64,000 bases of DNA, taken from positions 672,001 through 736,000 of the forward strand of contig CAXXJV010000001.1 in the NCBI GenBank assembly GCA_963663475.2. Direction: 5' to 3'. The notes under the pieces were generated by a model. It worked only from the letters and a program-made list of their open reading frames with translations, did no database searches and was not told the origin of the DNA. The translations under genes and the position numbers were made by a program. Positions 1 to 10,987 of the stretch are shown here, in pieces. The first letter of the stretch is position 1, and every line of letters starts with the position of its first letter. Source of the DNA: Candidatus Cloacimonadales bacterium (lineage in GTDB: Bacteria; Cloacimonadota; Cloacimonadia; Cloacimonadales; JAFGVF01).

Positions 1-2
1 TT

Positions 3-1115
3 ATTATTAACTGCTGTCGTAAATTAGATTTTTTATTATTAAAAAAAGAGTATTGGCCACATGGAGAGGATTATGCAGTCATTTTCACCCACACAATAGA
101 CAAGTTAGAAAAGTGGGGAAAGGGTGTGTTTAGTGAGTTTTTATTAGACTCTTTTCCTCTTCTATTAAAGGGTAAATTTAATGATGTTTTTAGAAATTTA
201 TCTAGTGGAATCAAGTATTTCTTAACAGATGAAGAGCAGTACTGGAATTTTGAGAATTATTTAGATTTAGATGAGAAGTATGGAATAGTTTCCACCTGGT
301 TTGTTTCTCTACTTGAAGATAATGGTTTTATCTACAATGTTGATGAAAACAAGATGATTAAAGAGTTGAACAGGATATTGAGTAAGGGTCATGAATTAGG
401 TATTTTAGTAAATCCATATGAAATGGACCAGATAAAAATCAAGACAGCTTACAGTAAATTGACCAAGATAACCCAGACTGACCAGGTTGGAATCAGGGTA
501 ACAGGCAGGCCACTTCATGACAATATTTCCTTAGCTATCCATAGGAATAATCTTTTATATGATTCTTCAATAATATCGCCCAAAATAAATCTCTTTAAAA
601 ATGGTAACATCTTACCGCATCATAAATTAATAGATGGCATAAGAACTTTCTCCTTAGAGATTCCTATCACTTTTAGCGATGAAATTCTTAAATCTTCCAA
701 GTATTCCTATCAATCCTATGAATCAGCTAAACACAAGATGGATGAATTAATTCAAAAGATTCATACGAGTGGAGGCTTAATATGTTTTGATTTCACTATA
801 GCTAACTTTAAAGATATTAGTTATCTAGAGAAATTATACACTTACACCTTAGATTCCATTAAAGAGACTAATTACTATAATAATTCTTGTAAGAATATCT
901 CTCTTTGGTGGAAGGCCAGAAAAAATGTCATCATAACTAATGTTGAATGGGGTGCAAACATCCTCTTCCTTGATGATTTTTCCTTCTTTACCTTTAGGCT
1001 ACATTCTAAGAAGAAGGTAAAAGAGGTCACAATGGTTGATTATCAGATTGAAGATGATATTATTACCATGTCCAATATTAAGGCTAATACTGCTGTTAAT
1101 CTTGTAATGGAGTAA
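3..1115 (+). CDS. Polysaccharide deacetylase-like (NodB fold) protein, 5'-truncated by the window, catalytic motifs degenerate
   Basis: The frame is open from the window edge (..EYWPHGEDYAVIFTHTID..). GHELGIL, LLYDSS and LEIPITFSD match the family layout. Confidence 0.65.
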   Translation: MINCCRKLDFLLLKKEYWPHGEDYAVIFTHTIDKLEKWGKGVFSEFLLDSFPLLLKGKFNDVFRNLSSGIKYFLTDEEQYWNFENYLDLDEKYGIVSTWFVSLLEDNGFIYNVDENKMIKELNRILSKGHELGILVNPYEMDQIKIKTAYSKLTKITQTDQVGIRVTGRPLHDNISLAIHRNNLLYDSSIISPKINLFKNGNILPHHKLIDGIRTFSLEIPITFSDEILKSSKYSYQSYESAKHKMDELIQKIHTSGGLICFDFTIANFKDISYLEKLYTYTLDSIKETNYYNNSCKNISLWWKARKNVIITNVEWGANILFLDDFSFFTFRLHSKKKVKEVTMVDYQIEDDIITMSNIKANTAVNLVME

Positions 1116-1118
1116 ATT

Positions 1119-3521
1119 TTGAAGAGAATATTAATTGTAACGATTAGTCATAAAGCCAAAGATGTAAGACTATACCATAAGTTAGGCAAAAGTCTTAGTG
1201 AAAGATATCAAGTAAGCATCCTGCACAACCAGTCTCAAACAGGCGATTATGACGATGATATAAAACTTATAGGGTTAAATAATTTAAGTAAGACACAATT
1301 TTTAATTCAAGCTGCAGTTCAAATAGCCTTACTTACGCCTGATGTAGCTATCCTAGTTGAACCAATCCTACTTACCCTGGTTAACCCTATAGCCAAGACA
1401 AAATATGTCTATGATTGCCATGAATTTTTTACCCTAGCCCAAAAAGAAAAGTCTTTAAAGAAAAGTAAACAATTTCTAGATACTTTTCTTCACCAAAGCA
1501 TAGAAAGAAGATTTATTCCTAAACTTAGTGCCTGTATTACTGTTAATGACATTCTTACTCAAAAGTATCAAGCTATGGGAACCAATACTATTACCATAGC
1601 TAACTATCCTCAAATGCATAAGCAAGAGCAAGCAAAAGACTTAGAAATTAAGTATGATTTTGTTTATGCAGGAGGTTTATCACCCATACGGGGGATTAAA
1701 GAGATAATTCAAGCTACCTATCTAGTAAAGCAGATTTTACCTGAAATAAAGGTTTTGCTAGTAGGCAAGGAACAAATTTCTGCTTTCAGGCAGGAATGCC
1801 TTGATTTTATTGAAGAATTGAATTTGAAAAATAATATTAGTCTGTTGGAAGCTATCCCATATGAAGAAGTTTATGACAAGTATTATCAAGCTAGATGTGG
1901 TATTTGTCTGCTTTCACCTAGTATTGCTCGCTACAAATATGCCCTTCCTATCAAGCTTTTAGAGTACCTAGATGCTGGCTTACTCGTAATTACCAATGAT
2001 TTTCCAATGACCAAACAGATTTCTCAAAGCTCTGAAGGAATCCTAACAGCTAAGTTTAATGCAGAAGATCTAGCTAATAAGATGCTTAAGATTTCAACTA
2101 TGAGCCAGGAAGAAATTGCTAAACATCAATCTATTGCTAGCAAGTTGATTAAAGAAAAATACAATTGGCAGCTACTTGCACCCAAGTTACTCAAATTCTT
2201 TGACCACTTAACTTCACCAGTTAAAAAAGCTCTTTTGGTATCTTACTTCTTCCCACCCTTGGGAGGAGCAGGAGTGCAAAGACCACTCAAACTAACCAAG
2301 TATGCTAATGAGTCTAATTGGGATTTGCTAGTTCTAACTATTCAAGATATTGTCTTCCATTCTTATGACCAGTCCCTTTTACAGGAAATTGAATCTGAAG
2401 TTGTTAGAGCTAACTCTTGGGATATCATGTCTTTATTACAAAAAATAAAAGTTTTCCAAACTCTTAAGCTGGGAGATAAGGTAGATAAAGCATATTTTGA
2501 AACTGAAGATTTTAAGAAGAAATTAGTCAAATCACTCTTTTTTATGGATGAGAAGATAGGCTGGTTTATACCTGCTGTTTTAAAAGGACTTCAACAGGTA
2601 GTTAAGCATGATTTTTCTGCTGTAATTGTAACTATCTATCCACCTTCTTCCCTCCTAATTGCCTTCACTATAGCTAAAATAACTAACCTACCCCTCTTTA
2701 TAGATTATCGGGACCACTGGACTTTAAGTTCTTATTTTGACTTCTCAAGTCAGACCTCAAGACAAGCCTATCATGGTCTAGAAAAGTTCTTTCTAAATCA
2801 GGCAAGAGGCATTATCACAATTGGCCAAGTAATGAAAGAAGAACTAGCTCAATCTTTCAAGATTTCTTTAGATAAAATAGCAGTCTCTTATAATGGCTAT
2901 GATGATGAAGATTTTGACCAAGCAAGCCCTAGGTTAAGTCTAGCTAGCAATGATTGCCTAAAAGCCAAGAAAAAGATAAATATTGGCTATATTGGAAATA
3001 TGTACAAGCATAGAACTTCTAAATACTTTCTGCAAGCCCTGCAAAGTCTAATTGCAGAAGCTAAACTAGATATAAATGAAATCCAACTTAACTTTATGGG
3101 CAACTATTATCATGAAGAACAAGAAGTATTTAAAAATTCGGGTCTGGAAAACATCATCCATATCACCCCGCAACAAGACCATAAAAGAGCTATTAAAACT
3201 ATGCAAAAACAGGATATACTCCTCCTTTTAATAGCTACTAAAAGTGGAAAAAATGTGCTTACAGGTAAAATCTTTGAATATTTAAAGAGTAAGAAAGCAA
3301 TTTTAGCTTTAGTACCCCAAGGAGGAGAAGCTCAAGACATCTTAACAAAGCTAGGAAACCCTTGGATTGCTCCGTTAGAAGATATTGAACAAATAAAAAC
3401 ACAAATTCTGAAAATTATAGATTTTGTTAAAGATGGGGGAGAAGTTGATTATGATATTTCCCAATACAGTAGAAGACAGCAAGTGAAAAATTTCTTTGCT
3501 TTCATAGAGGAAAAAATCTAA
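1119..3521 (+). CDS. Fusion of two GT4 (GT-B) glycosyltransferases
   Basis: First half: DVRLYHK, YDCHE, PIKLLEYLDAG. Second half: YFFPPLGGAGVQR, DYRDHW, TGKIFEYL. Confidence 0.85.
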   Translation: MKRILIVTISHKAKDVRLYHKLGKSLSERYQVSILHNQSQTGDYDDDIKLIGLNNLSKTQFLIQAAVQIALLTPDVAILVEPILLTLVNPIAKTKYVYDCHEFFTLAQKEKSLKKSKQFLDTFLHQSIERRFIPKLSACITVNDILTQKYQAMGTNTITIANYPQMHKQEQAKDLEIKYDFVYAGGLSPIRGIKEIIQATYLVKQILPEIKVLLVGKEQISAFRQECLDFIEELNLKNNISLLEAIPYEEVYDKYYQARCGICLLSPSIARYKYALPIKLLEYLDAGLLVITNDFPMTKQISQSSEGILTAKFNAEDLANKMLKISTMSQEEIAKHQSIASKLIKEKYNWQLLAPKLLKFFDHLTSPVKKALLVSYFFPPLGGAGVQRPLKLTKYANESNWDLLVLTIQDIVFHSYDQSLLQEIESEVVRANSWDIMSLLQKIKVFQTLKLGDKVDKAYFETEDFKKKLVKSLFFMDEKIGWFIPAVLKGLQQVVKHDFSAVIVTIYPPSSLLIAFTIAKITNLPLFIDYRDHWTLSSYFDFSSQTSRQAYHGLEKFFLNQARGIITIGQVMKEELAQSFKISLDKIAVSYNGYDDEDFDQASPRLSLASNDCLKAKKKINIGYIGNMYKHRTSKYFLQALQSLIAEAKLDINEIQLNFMGNYYHEEQEVFKNSGLENIIHITPQQDHKRAIKTMQKQDILLLLIATKSGKNVLTGKIFEYLKSKKAILALVPQGGEAQDILTKLGNPWIAPLEDIEQIKTQILKIIDFVKDGGEVDYDISQYSRRQQVKNFFAFIEEKI

Positions 3522-3522
3522 A

Positions 3523-4626
3523 ATGGCAGTAGTTCTTCACCTAGGTCTCTTGCCTATCCTATCAGGCGTACAGAATGTCATGCTGCAAATCTTAGATGCT
3601 ATTGCCAGTGATGGCTATGAGATTAAAGTTGCTGGTGCTCCTGATGGTCCACTCATAGGTCAAGTTGAGCAAAGAGGTTGGAAATACTTGACTCTACCTT
3701 CCTTAGTCAGAGAGATTAATCCTAAAAAAGACTTACAAGCTATGAGACAACTAGCAAAAATTATAAAAGAGGAAAAGGTAGATATTCTTCACACTCATTC
3801 TTCTAAAACAGGTCTCATAGGCAGACTTATAGGTAGAAAGTGTAAAGTAGCTAAAATTCTCCATACTGTTCATGGCTATCCTTTCCATAAATACCAAAAT
3901 CCTCTACTCTACTCCTTCTACCACAAGGCCGAATGGTTAGCAGGTCATTTCTGTGACTATCTAATTTCAGTTAATAAAGAAGATGCCCAACTAGCCCACA
4001 CTAGCTTAAAAATTCCTAAACATAAAATCAAATATATTCCCAACGGAGCCCTAGCTAAAGAGCAAAGAGAAATTCTGCAAAAACCTGAAATAGTTATTGG
4101 AAGTCTTTCTCGCTTTTGGAAACAAAAAAACATGATTAATAGCGTTAAAATAGCAATCAAGGCCTGTCAGCATAGACAAGACCTTAAATTCATCTTTGTG
4201 GGGGATGGACAAGATTTAGCCTATTGTCAGAATTTAGTAGCCCAAGCCCAGCTTACAGATAAAATCATCCTACCTGGTTGGTCAGACGACAAGGAAAAGT
4301 GGTTAAGCTTATTTGATATATTTTTTCTCTACTCTCTCTGGGAAGGTCTCCCCCTATCTATCTTAGAAGCAATGTCTTATGGACTACCAATTATAGCTTC
4401 TGATATTAAGGGCAACAGGGAGTTAGTTGATGAATCTAATGGTTTCTTAGTAAATCCTGATGATAATTCCCACCTTCTTAACCTACTACTTCAACTTCCA
4501 AAACTTAGACATGATTTACAAGAAAAAGGGCTCTCTAGTTATAATAAAGTTGTCAATGACTACTCATTAGATTACTTTAATACTAGATATAGAAACTTAT
4601 ATCAAGAAATTAATAGAGAATTATAA
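3523..4626 (+). CDS. GT4 glycosyltransferase
   Basis: HTHSSKTG, HTVHG and SLWEGLPLSILEAM motifs. Confidence 0.9.
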   Translation: MAVVLHLGLLPILSGVQNVMLQILDAIASDGYEIKVAGAPDGPLIGQVEQRGWKYLTLPSLVREINPKKDLQAMRQLAKIIKEEKVDILHTHSSKTGLIGRLIGRKCKVAKILHTVHGYPFHKYQNPLLYSFYHKAEWLAGHFCDYLISVNKEDAQLAHTSLKIPKHKIKYIPNGALAKEQREILQKPEIVIGSLSRFWKQKNMINSVKIAIKACQHRQDLKFIFVGDGQDLAYCQNLVAQAQLTDKIILPGWSDDKEKWLSLFDIFFLYSLWEGLPLSILEAMSYGLPIIASDIKGNRELVDESNGFLVNPDDNSHLLNLLLQLPKLRHDLQEKGLSSYNKVVNDYSLDYFNTRYRNLYQEINREL

Positions 4627-4627
4627 T

Positions 4628-5746
4628 ATGCTAGAAAATTTATTACTTACTAACCCCTTAAATGTTGAATCAAGTATCAATAGCTCTGCTTTTATCCAAA
4701 GCCATTGGAAATACTTCTTGGCTGGAATAGTAGTCTTTGTTATGACCTACCTCCTCATACCCTTTAATATCAAGCTTGCTAAAAAGAAGGGCTGGTTAGA
4801 CTACCCTAATGAAAGGTCTGCTCATCCTAAACCTATTCCTATTAGTGGAGGCTTAGCCTTCGGACTAGTCATCTGCTTTGCTCAGGTAGCTTTTGGTCTG
4901 CTGTTCTGGGATACTAAATCTTCTCTAATGATTTATGGTTTAGCTATGATAAATATCCTAATCCTAACAGTTGGCTTGGTTGATGACCTATTAAAACTTA
5001 AAGCTAGAGATAAACTCCTTCTCCAACTTCTTATCTCATCACTTCTCTATATTGTAGGCTTTAGAATAGAAATTCTAACTAATCCCTTTGGTCCTGACCT
5101 CTATCTGCAATACCTAAGTTTTCCTTTTACTATTTTTTGGTTTTTAGCTATATCTAATGCTATCAACTTAATTGATGGTTTAGATGGACTTGCTGCTGGG
5201 ATTACCTTAATAAGCGGACTAGTCCTTTGTCTTGTAGGCCTAATATCCTATAATCCCATAGTCTTCTACCTAGCCATAATCTTAGTTGCTGGCAACTTAG
5301 CCTTCCTAAAGTATAATTTTTATCCAGCAAAAATATTCATGGGTGATGCAGGCTCCCTCTTTAATGGCTTCAATTTAGCAGTCTTATCAGTTACAGGAAT
5401 CTCTCAATTTAAGGGTGTTACAGCTATGACCATTGCTCTACCAGTTGTTGTAATGATGTTCCCTATAATGGACACTATTATGGCTATGATAAGGAGAATC
5501 AGGAAGAAGCAGAGTATTTTTCTTGCAGACAAAGAACATATCCATCACCGCTTGTTAAAACTTGGTATCTCTCAAAAAGGAATATGCTATATTGCCTACT
5601 TCTTAACCTCCCTTTTCGGACTCTTGGCAATTGGTTTCTATTTCTCAACAAAACAGATTTTTTTAATAGCTTTGACTATCTTAATAGTCTTATGTTTTAT
5701 CTTCGCCTGGCTGTTACTACAGTCGATTTTTAAAGATTCAAAGTAG
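4628..5746 (+). CDS. wecA: WecA/TagO-family undecaprenyl-phosphate GlcNAc-1-phosphate transferase
   Basis: GLVDD, NAINLIDGLDGLA, IFMGDAGS and DKEHIHHRL motifs; multiple TM helices. Confidence 0.88.
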   Translation: MLENLLLTNPLNVESSINSSAFIQSHWKYFLAGIVVFVMTYLLIPFNIKLAKKKGWLDYPNERSAHPKPIPISGGLAFGLVICFAQVAFGLLFWDTKSSLMIYGLAMINILILTVGLVDDLLKLKARDKLLLQLLISSLLYIVGFRIEILTNPFGPDLYLQYLSFPFTIFWFLAISNAINLIDGLDGLAAGITLISGLVLCLVGLISYNPIVFYLAIILVAGNLAFLKYNFYPAKIFMGDAGSLFNGFNLAVLSVTGISQFKGVTAMTIALPVVVMMFPIMDTIMAMIRRIRKKQSIFLADKEHIHHRLLKLGISQKGICYIAYFLTSLFGLLAIGFYFSTKQIFLIALTILIVLCFIFAWLLLQSIFKDSK

Positions 5747-5755
5747 GAGTTGTAA

Positions 5756-8290
5756 ATGAAAAAGATTAACCTAATCTTAGTTATCTCTATGTGGGCACTT
5801 GTAATTTTTTCTTTTGAAAGATGGGAAGTTTATACCAATACTTCTCATATTTATCAAACTTTATCAAATAATTCTCAAATAATTTCAGTATCCTGGGGAG
5901 GAATTGAAGACTATGCTTTAGATCTGCAAGCAGACCAACCCCTTGTGGAACTTACCAATAAATATACTACAATTAATGGTTTATCCAGCAATGAAATATC
6001 TTCAATCTATAAAAAGGACGATAAGCTATGGGCAGGATCCTACAACGATGGTATCTCTATTGTTCAAGCTGGACAAGTCTATCTAATCAATGCCGATAAT
6101 GGACTTATCTCCAACAAGGTAAAAACTATTAAAGCAATTGAAGACCTAGTTTATGTGGTTACTGAAGGTGGTTTTTCTACCTTCTATGACCTTGAACAAA
6201 TATCCTTCCCCCTACTCTCTCGTAAGTATTCTCCTACTTCTACTTCGGGAGCATTGATCTCTGATACCATTAATGATATTATCCTCTTCCAAGACTATGT
6301 TTTTCTAGCTACAGATGCTGGACTTATCTACTTCCCTGTGACCTCCCTTGATAATTTTGATCAATGGACCAGCTTGACTAGTCAAAACTCACAACTAGCA
6401 GACAATAAAATTATCAAACTTGCAGCCAAAAATAATAAATTAGCTATAGCAAGTGATAATAATATTCAGATTATTTCTGATTTTTTCACAGACCAATCTT
6501 GGCATAATTACTCATTTTTAGGACCTAATAAAGCTACAAAAGATGATGATACTTTTATCCAAACTATTGCCTTTGATGAATTAGGTCAACTTCTCTTCTC
6601 CACTGGCATCTGGGAAGAAACAACCACAACTATGTCTGACCTCTCTACTGATATTCTGCAAGTTATTACCCTGGAAGGCAATATTCAACCTTTCCTTACT
6701 ACTTCAACTCCACTTATAAAATTAAATTCACCTTCAGACCAAACTTCCACCCTGAAAGAAGTTGGTATTAAGTCTATCGAAAGCTCCAAAGATAAGCTAA
6801 TTCTTTCTAGCTGGGGAGCAGGCTTGCTAATTCACCATAATAATGCCTGGTATCAACTTGAACCAAATGGAATCGGATTTAATGCTATTAATCACCTAAC
6901 TGTTGATAAGAACAATAAACTCTGGGCTTCCTGTGGCTACTACGGAACAGCAGCCTTACGTAAAGGTGCTCGCGGTGTTAGCTCTTTTGATGGAGAAAAT
7001 TGGCAAACTTTAAATATGAAAAATTCACCTCTCCAAAGTGATAATATCAATGCTATTACAGTAGGCAATGATAATAAAAAATGGTTCGGGTCTTGGTATA
7101 GTGGAGAGAATCACCCCCAAGGTTGGAAGGGGGGAGTTACCTCTTACGATGAAGAAACAAATCAATGGAAATGGTACTATGTCAATGGAGTTTATAGCTA
7201 TAACCCAGAAAGTCAATCCTTCTCTGATTTGCAAGCAGACATTCCTGGAATCCCTTCCCAAACTATCTCCTTCCTCAATACTGATAAAAGAGGCAATATT
7301 ATGATGTCTCTCCAAAGCTATGGCCTAGCCTTCTACTCTCCTGAAGGAAATCAAAGATTAGCAATTTCCCCACTTTATGGATCACAAAATAACTTTATTA
7401 GAAGATCCTTTCATAATGAATATGGTTACTTCTTCAGTAAATCAGCTGCAGCTTCAGGTGAATCAGCAGGACTTGTTCACTGGGATTCTCAAGACTTACC
7501 TAGTGAGGGAGATATTTCCAACTGGACTAGTATTCCTGTTGCTGATATAAGAAATTCTGCTATAAATGATATTATTGAAGTAGCAAGCCCTTATGGTAAT
7601 CAAATCTGGATTGCTGGAACGAATGGCTTATTCATGTATGATGGAGACTACTGGTACCGCTATGGTATCGATATCAAACGAGAAAGATGGACAGGTAGCT
7701 GGCAAATTGATACCCGCTATATTGTTGGTGAGACTAAACTCTTTGCAGCTAAAGATACTTACCCTACATCTTTGGCTATAGATGACTTCGGTTGCCTCTG
7801 GATAGGTTCTGAAGAAGCAGGTTTAACTAAATATGATACCAATACTGAAGAGTATTTTGTTTATGATAAAGATTCCTACCCCCTTATAAGTAATCAGATT
7901 AGAGCTTTAGCTTATGAAGCTAGGTCTGGTAAACTCTTTATTGGTGCTGGAGAAGGACTCTGCTCAGTTACAGTTGGCTCTTCTGCTAACCCAGAAACAA
8001 ATTTTAATAAGCTGGTAGCAGTACCTAATCCTTTCTACCCTGAACGAGGTGACGTAGTTAGAATCTTTAATAGTCCCAACGATTTTATGCCAAAATCAGC
8101 CAAAATATGTAAGATATTTGATAAATCAGGCCAGCTTGTCTATGACCTTCCCATTAATAAATACCAGTCTTTTAGCTGGGATGGAAATAATAAAAACGGT
8201 AAGAAATGTAGCTCTGGTATCTACTTTTTTACTGTCTCCAATGATAAAGGAGAAACTATAAGAGGCAAAATTGCCCTTATTAGAGATTGA
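5756..8290 (+). CDS. Secreted beta-propeller protein with C-terminal FlgD-Ig/T9SS-type domain (PorZ-like)
   Basis: Signal peptide and propeller repeats (LW.GS..G, NSPLQSDNINAI). C-terminus PNPFYP..KIFDKSGQLV..WDGNNKNGKKCSSGIYF. Confidence 0.75.
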   Translation: MKKINLILVISMWALVIFSFERWEVYTNTSHIYQTLSNNSQIISVSWGGIEDYALDLQADQPLVELTNKYTTINGLSSNEISSIYKKDDKLWAGSYNDGISIVQAGQVYLINADNGLISNKVKTIKAIEDLVYVVTEGGFSTFYDLEQISFPLLSRKYSPTSTSGALISDTINDIILFQDYVFLATDAGLIYFPVTSLDNFDQWTSLTSQNSQLADNKIIKLAAKNNKLAIASDNNIQIISDFFTDQSWHNYSFLGPNKATKDDDTFIQTIAFDELGQLLFSTGIWEETTTTMSDLSTDILQVITLEGNIQPFLTTSTPLIKLNSPSDQTSTLKEVGIKSIESSKDKLILSSWGAGLLIHHNNAWYQLEPNGIGFNAINHLTVDKNNKLWASCGYYGTAALRKGARGVSSFDGENWQTLNMKNSPLQSDNINAITVGNDNKKWFGSWYSGENHPQGWKGGVTSYDEETNQWKWYYVNGVYSYNPESQSFSDLQADIPGIPSQTISFLNTDKRGNIMMSLQSYGLAFYSPEGNQRLAISPLYGSQNNFIRRSFHNEYGYFFSKSAAASGESAGLVHWDSQDLPSEGDISNWTSIPVADIRNSAINDIIEVASPYGNQIWIAGTNGLFMYDGDYWYRYGIDIKRERWTGSWQIDTRYIVGETKLFAAKDTYPTSLAIDDFGCLWIGSEEAGLTKYDTNTEEYFVYDKDSYPLISNQIRALAYEARSGKLFIGAGEGLCSVTVGSSANPETNFNKLVAVPNPFYPERGDVVRIFNSPNDFMPKSAKICKIFDKSGQLVYDLPINKYQSFSWDGNNKNGKKCSSGIYFFTVSNDKGETIRGKIALIRD

Positions 8291-8337
8291 TATGGATTCT
8301 GTGGCGGACAAGCTGTCCAGACTGCGTAAAAAGAAAT

Positions 8338-8700
8338 AGCCAGTGAAAACACTGAAAACACTGAAAACACCGAAAAGGGAAGATTCTTTACTCGAATTAA
8401 CTCGAATTAAGACGAATTTCACGAATAAGAGGATTTTCGCCTTTCGGCTCAAAGACGGGGTGATGGAGTGATAGAGAGATGGAGTGATAGAGAGATAGAG
8501 TGATAGAGTGATAGAGAGATGGAGAGAAAGAAGATTCTAACTGTGTTCGGGACTTACTACTGGGAACGCGGGACTAACTGGGAACGCGGGACTAACTGGG
8601 AACTCGGGCATCCCTGCCCGCAGTAGGCAGTTTCAAACTGCCTACAATCATACATTAGAAAGGCCGCATGGTAAAGAAGTCTATCCACTAATTACACTAA
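8338..8700 (+). repeat. Intergenic mosaic repeat array: 9-mer arms, TTTTCGCCTTTCGGCTCAAAGA module, 8-mer GAG(T/A)GAT(A/G) run, 18-bp tandem, REP-like hairpins
   Basis: The same modules recur at 12.1-12.6, 16.7-17.3 and 21-23.8 kb. Confidence 0.9.
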
Positions 8701-8817
8701 GATATGGATTAAGTAGTAATGTTCGATTATATTATTTATAACAGAGTTTTTGTTTTTACACAGACTGTTCGCCGTTTGATATAACAAAAAAAAATTAATA
8801 AAAAAGAGGTAATAAGA

Positions 8818-9738
8818 ATGAAGAGATTCTTTTGTGTACTAGCTCTCATAATGATAATACTCCTTACCGCTTGTGGTAAGGATATAGAAAAGGAAGGACA
8901 GCAGACTAAGCAGTCCAAAATTAATGTCTTACTTCCCCAAACCCCATCTTCCCTCCCCTTATATTTTGCCTTAAAAGATAATCCAATTTTCCAGGTTGAA
9001 TTATTTCTTAACCATTCCCAAGCTAATGCTAAATTTTTAAATGGTCAGGCGAAGTTGCTGTTAACTGGTATATCGGTGGCTAATTCTTTTAGTCAGCAAG
9101 GAGTGGACTTTGACATCCTTAATTCTCAAGTAGATAATTTAACTCATTTGGTCGGACATGATTTAATTACAAATTTTAGTCAGATAAAAGGAAGAAAGAT
9201 AATTTTTCCTTTTGCAGATTCTCCCATGGAAGTTCTTTTCACTGAGATTGCTAAGCAGCATAACTTGGTGAAAAATCAGGACTATACTATTGAATATATG
9301 CCTTTTACCACATCTCTACAAGTCTTACAACAAGGTCAAGACCTACTTGTCTGGCTACCTGAACCCTTCGTTTCTTTAGCTGAAGATAAATTTAACCTTA
9401 AGGTTGGTCTTTCCTTAGATAAAGAGTTCCGAAGTCAGCTTGCTGATATCAATGCCTGCCAAGTCCTTCTTTTAGCTAGAGACTTAGATTTAAGGACTCA
9501 GGGAGCCATTCATTACCTTTCAAAAGTCTATATTGATAGTTTGAAAAAACAGCCAGAAAAGTTTATTAACCGACTTCCTCAAGATTTCCCTAACAGGCAA
9601 GCTTATAATCTAAGAACCCTGAAGAGAACTTCCTATAACTTTACCCATGGGGCAGACTTGAAAAGTACAACAGATTCTTTATTCAAACTTCTAAATAAGG
9701 AAAATAATCTTGCTGAGAGAATTTTGGAACTCAATTAA
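8818..9738 (+). CDS. ABC transporter substrate-binding lipoprotein (NitT/TauT-like)
   Basis: Lipobox LLTAC and LPEPFVS motif; overlaps the permease gene. Confidence 0.75.
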   Translation: MKRFFCVLALIMIILLTACGKDIEKEGQQTKQSKINVLLPQTPSSLPLYFALKDNPIFQVELFLNHSQANAKFLNGQAKLLLTGISVANSFSQQGVDFDILNSQVDNLTHLVGHDLITNFSQIKGRKIIFPFADSPMEVLFTEIAKQHNLVKNQDYTIEYMPFTTSLQVLQQGQDLLVWLPEPFVSLAEDKFNLKVGLSLDKEFRSQLADINACQVLLLARDLDLRTQGAIHYLSKVYIDSLKKQPEKFINRLPQDFPNRQAYNLRTLKRTSYNFTHGADLKSTTDSLFKLLNKENNLAERILELN

Positions 9739-10459
9739 GAAGAGTCTTCTAGGACTCTTAACTCTCCTGATAATCTGGTTTATTCTAGCTCTTATCTATG
9801 ATTCCTATGTTGTGCCTTCACCCTTCAAGGTAATTTCTGGATTGCCTAGTCTCTTTTCTGAAAAAGCTTTAGGCCATCATTATAATTTGACTTTATCCAG
9901 ACTTTTCCTAGGTTTTTTATTATCTTTTTTTATAGGTACCCTAATAGGAATTATTTCTTTTATTCTGAAAGTATATAACTACATAGAGAATCTTATGTCT
10001 TTACTGCAAGTTGTACCAGGAGTTATAGTTGCCTCCTTCTTTATCCTCTTTTATGGGACAGGATCTATTGTGCCTATTGGCATGATTTTTCTAATGATTA
10101 CCCCTATTGTGGCAACGAATACTGTTAATGGACTGCTAGATCATACCAAAGAGTTAGTCGAAGTAATAAACGTCTTTGGCGGTAATACCCTTGATATTAT
10201 TAAGCATGTTTATCTACCTAAATTGCTACCTGTCTTTAAAACTAACTTCTTAGTCTGCACTGCCCTCTCTCTAAAAATTATTATTTTAGGTGAATATGTG
10301 GGCTGTCAGGATGGACTTGGTTTTCTCTTTAATAATGCCAGGATTTTCTATAATATGAATGAAGTTTTTGCTTATCTTCTCTTAATTATCTTAACTGCTT
10401 TAGGATTTCAAATCTTTATACAAGCCATATTCTTATTTTACTGGAAAAAAATTAACTAA
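9710..10459 (+). CDS. ABC transporter permease (NitT/TauT/SsuC-like)
   Basis: VPSP, TLSRLFLGF, EAA-like loop and GEYVG..GLG. No ATPase gene is adjacent. Confidence 0.85.
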   Translation: MLREFWNSIKKSLLGLLTLLIIWFILALIYDSYVVPSPFKVISGLPSLFSEKALGHHYNLTLSRLFLGFLLSFFIGTLIGIISFILKVYNYIENLMSLLQVVPGVIVASFFILFYGTGSIVPIGMIFLMITPIVATNTVNGLLDHTKELVEVINVFGGNTLDIIKHVYLPKLLPVFKTNFLVCTALSLKIIILGEYVGCQDGLGFLFNNARIFYNMNEVFAYLLLIILTALGFQIFIQAIFLFYWKKIN

Positions 10460-10467
10460 GAAAAAAC

Positions 10468-10495
10468 TTGACATAGCTAACTTATTGACTATTAT
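10468..10495 (+). promoter_or_regulatory. Putative sigma70 promoter for the GNAT-racemase pair
   Basis: TTGACA-16 bp-TATTAT, then AAGGAG before the ATG at 10535. Confidence 0.5.
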
Positions 10496-10534
10496 TATAT
10501 TATATTTCATTAATCAAATATTAAAGGAGATAAT

Positions 10535-10987
10535 ATGAATAATAGTGTAAATATATTTACACCTGAACAAAAACCTACGGACGAAGAGTATACGAGAATT
10601 GCAAACTTTTTAAAAGAACATTTAGAAGAATATGGTGATGCACTGGCTGATATTAAAAAGGCTATGGATTTTGCCTTAACTAAAGACAATTCCTTTGGTG
10701 GAAAAATAATAGTTAAATACCTTGATAATCAAATAGTTGGTGCTGTTGTCCTTAATCAAACAGGAATGAAAGATTATATTCCTGAGAATATCCTAGTCTA
10801 TATAGCTGTCCATCGTGATTACCGAGGTCGCAAACTTGGTAAAGAATTAATGAACAAAGCTGTTGAAATTTCTGCTGGTAATATTGCCCTGCATGTTGAG
10901 CCTGATAACCCTGCTAAATTTCTTTATGAAAAAATTGGTTTTACTAATAAATACTTAGAAATGAGATACCAAAGAGAGGGAAAATAA
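10535..10987 (+). CDS. GNAT-family N-acetyltransferase
   Basis: IAVHRDYRGRKLGKELM acetyl-CoA motif and NPAKFLYEKIGF. Confidence 0.9.
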   Translation: MNNSVNIFTPEQKPTDEEYTRIANFLKEHLEEYGDALADIKKAMDFALTKDNSFGGKIIVKYLDNQIVGAVVLNQTGMKDYIPENILVYIAVHRDYRGRKLGKELMNKAVEISAGNIALHVEPDNPAKFLYEKIGFTNKYLEMRYQREGK

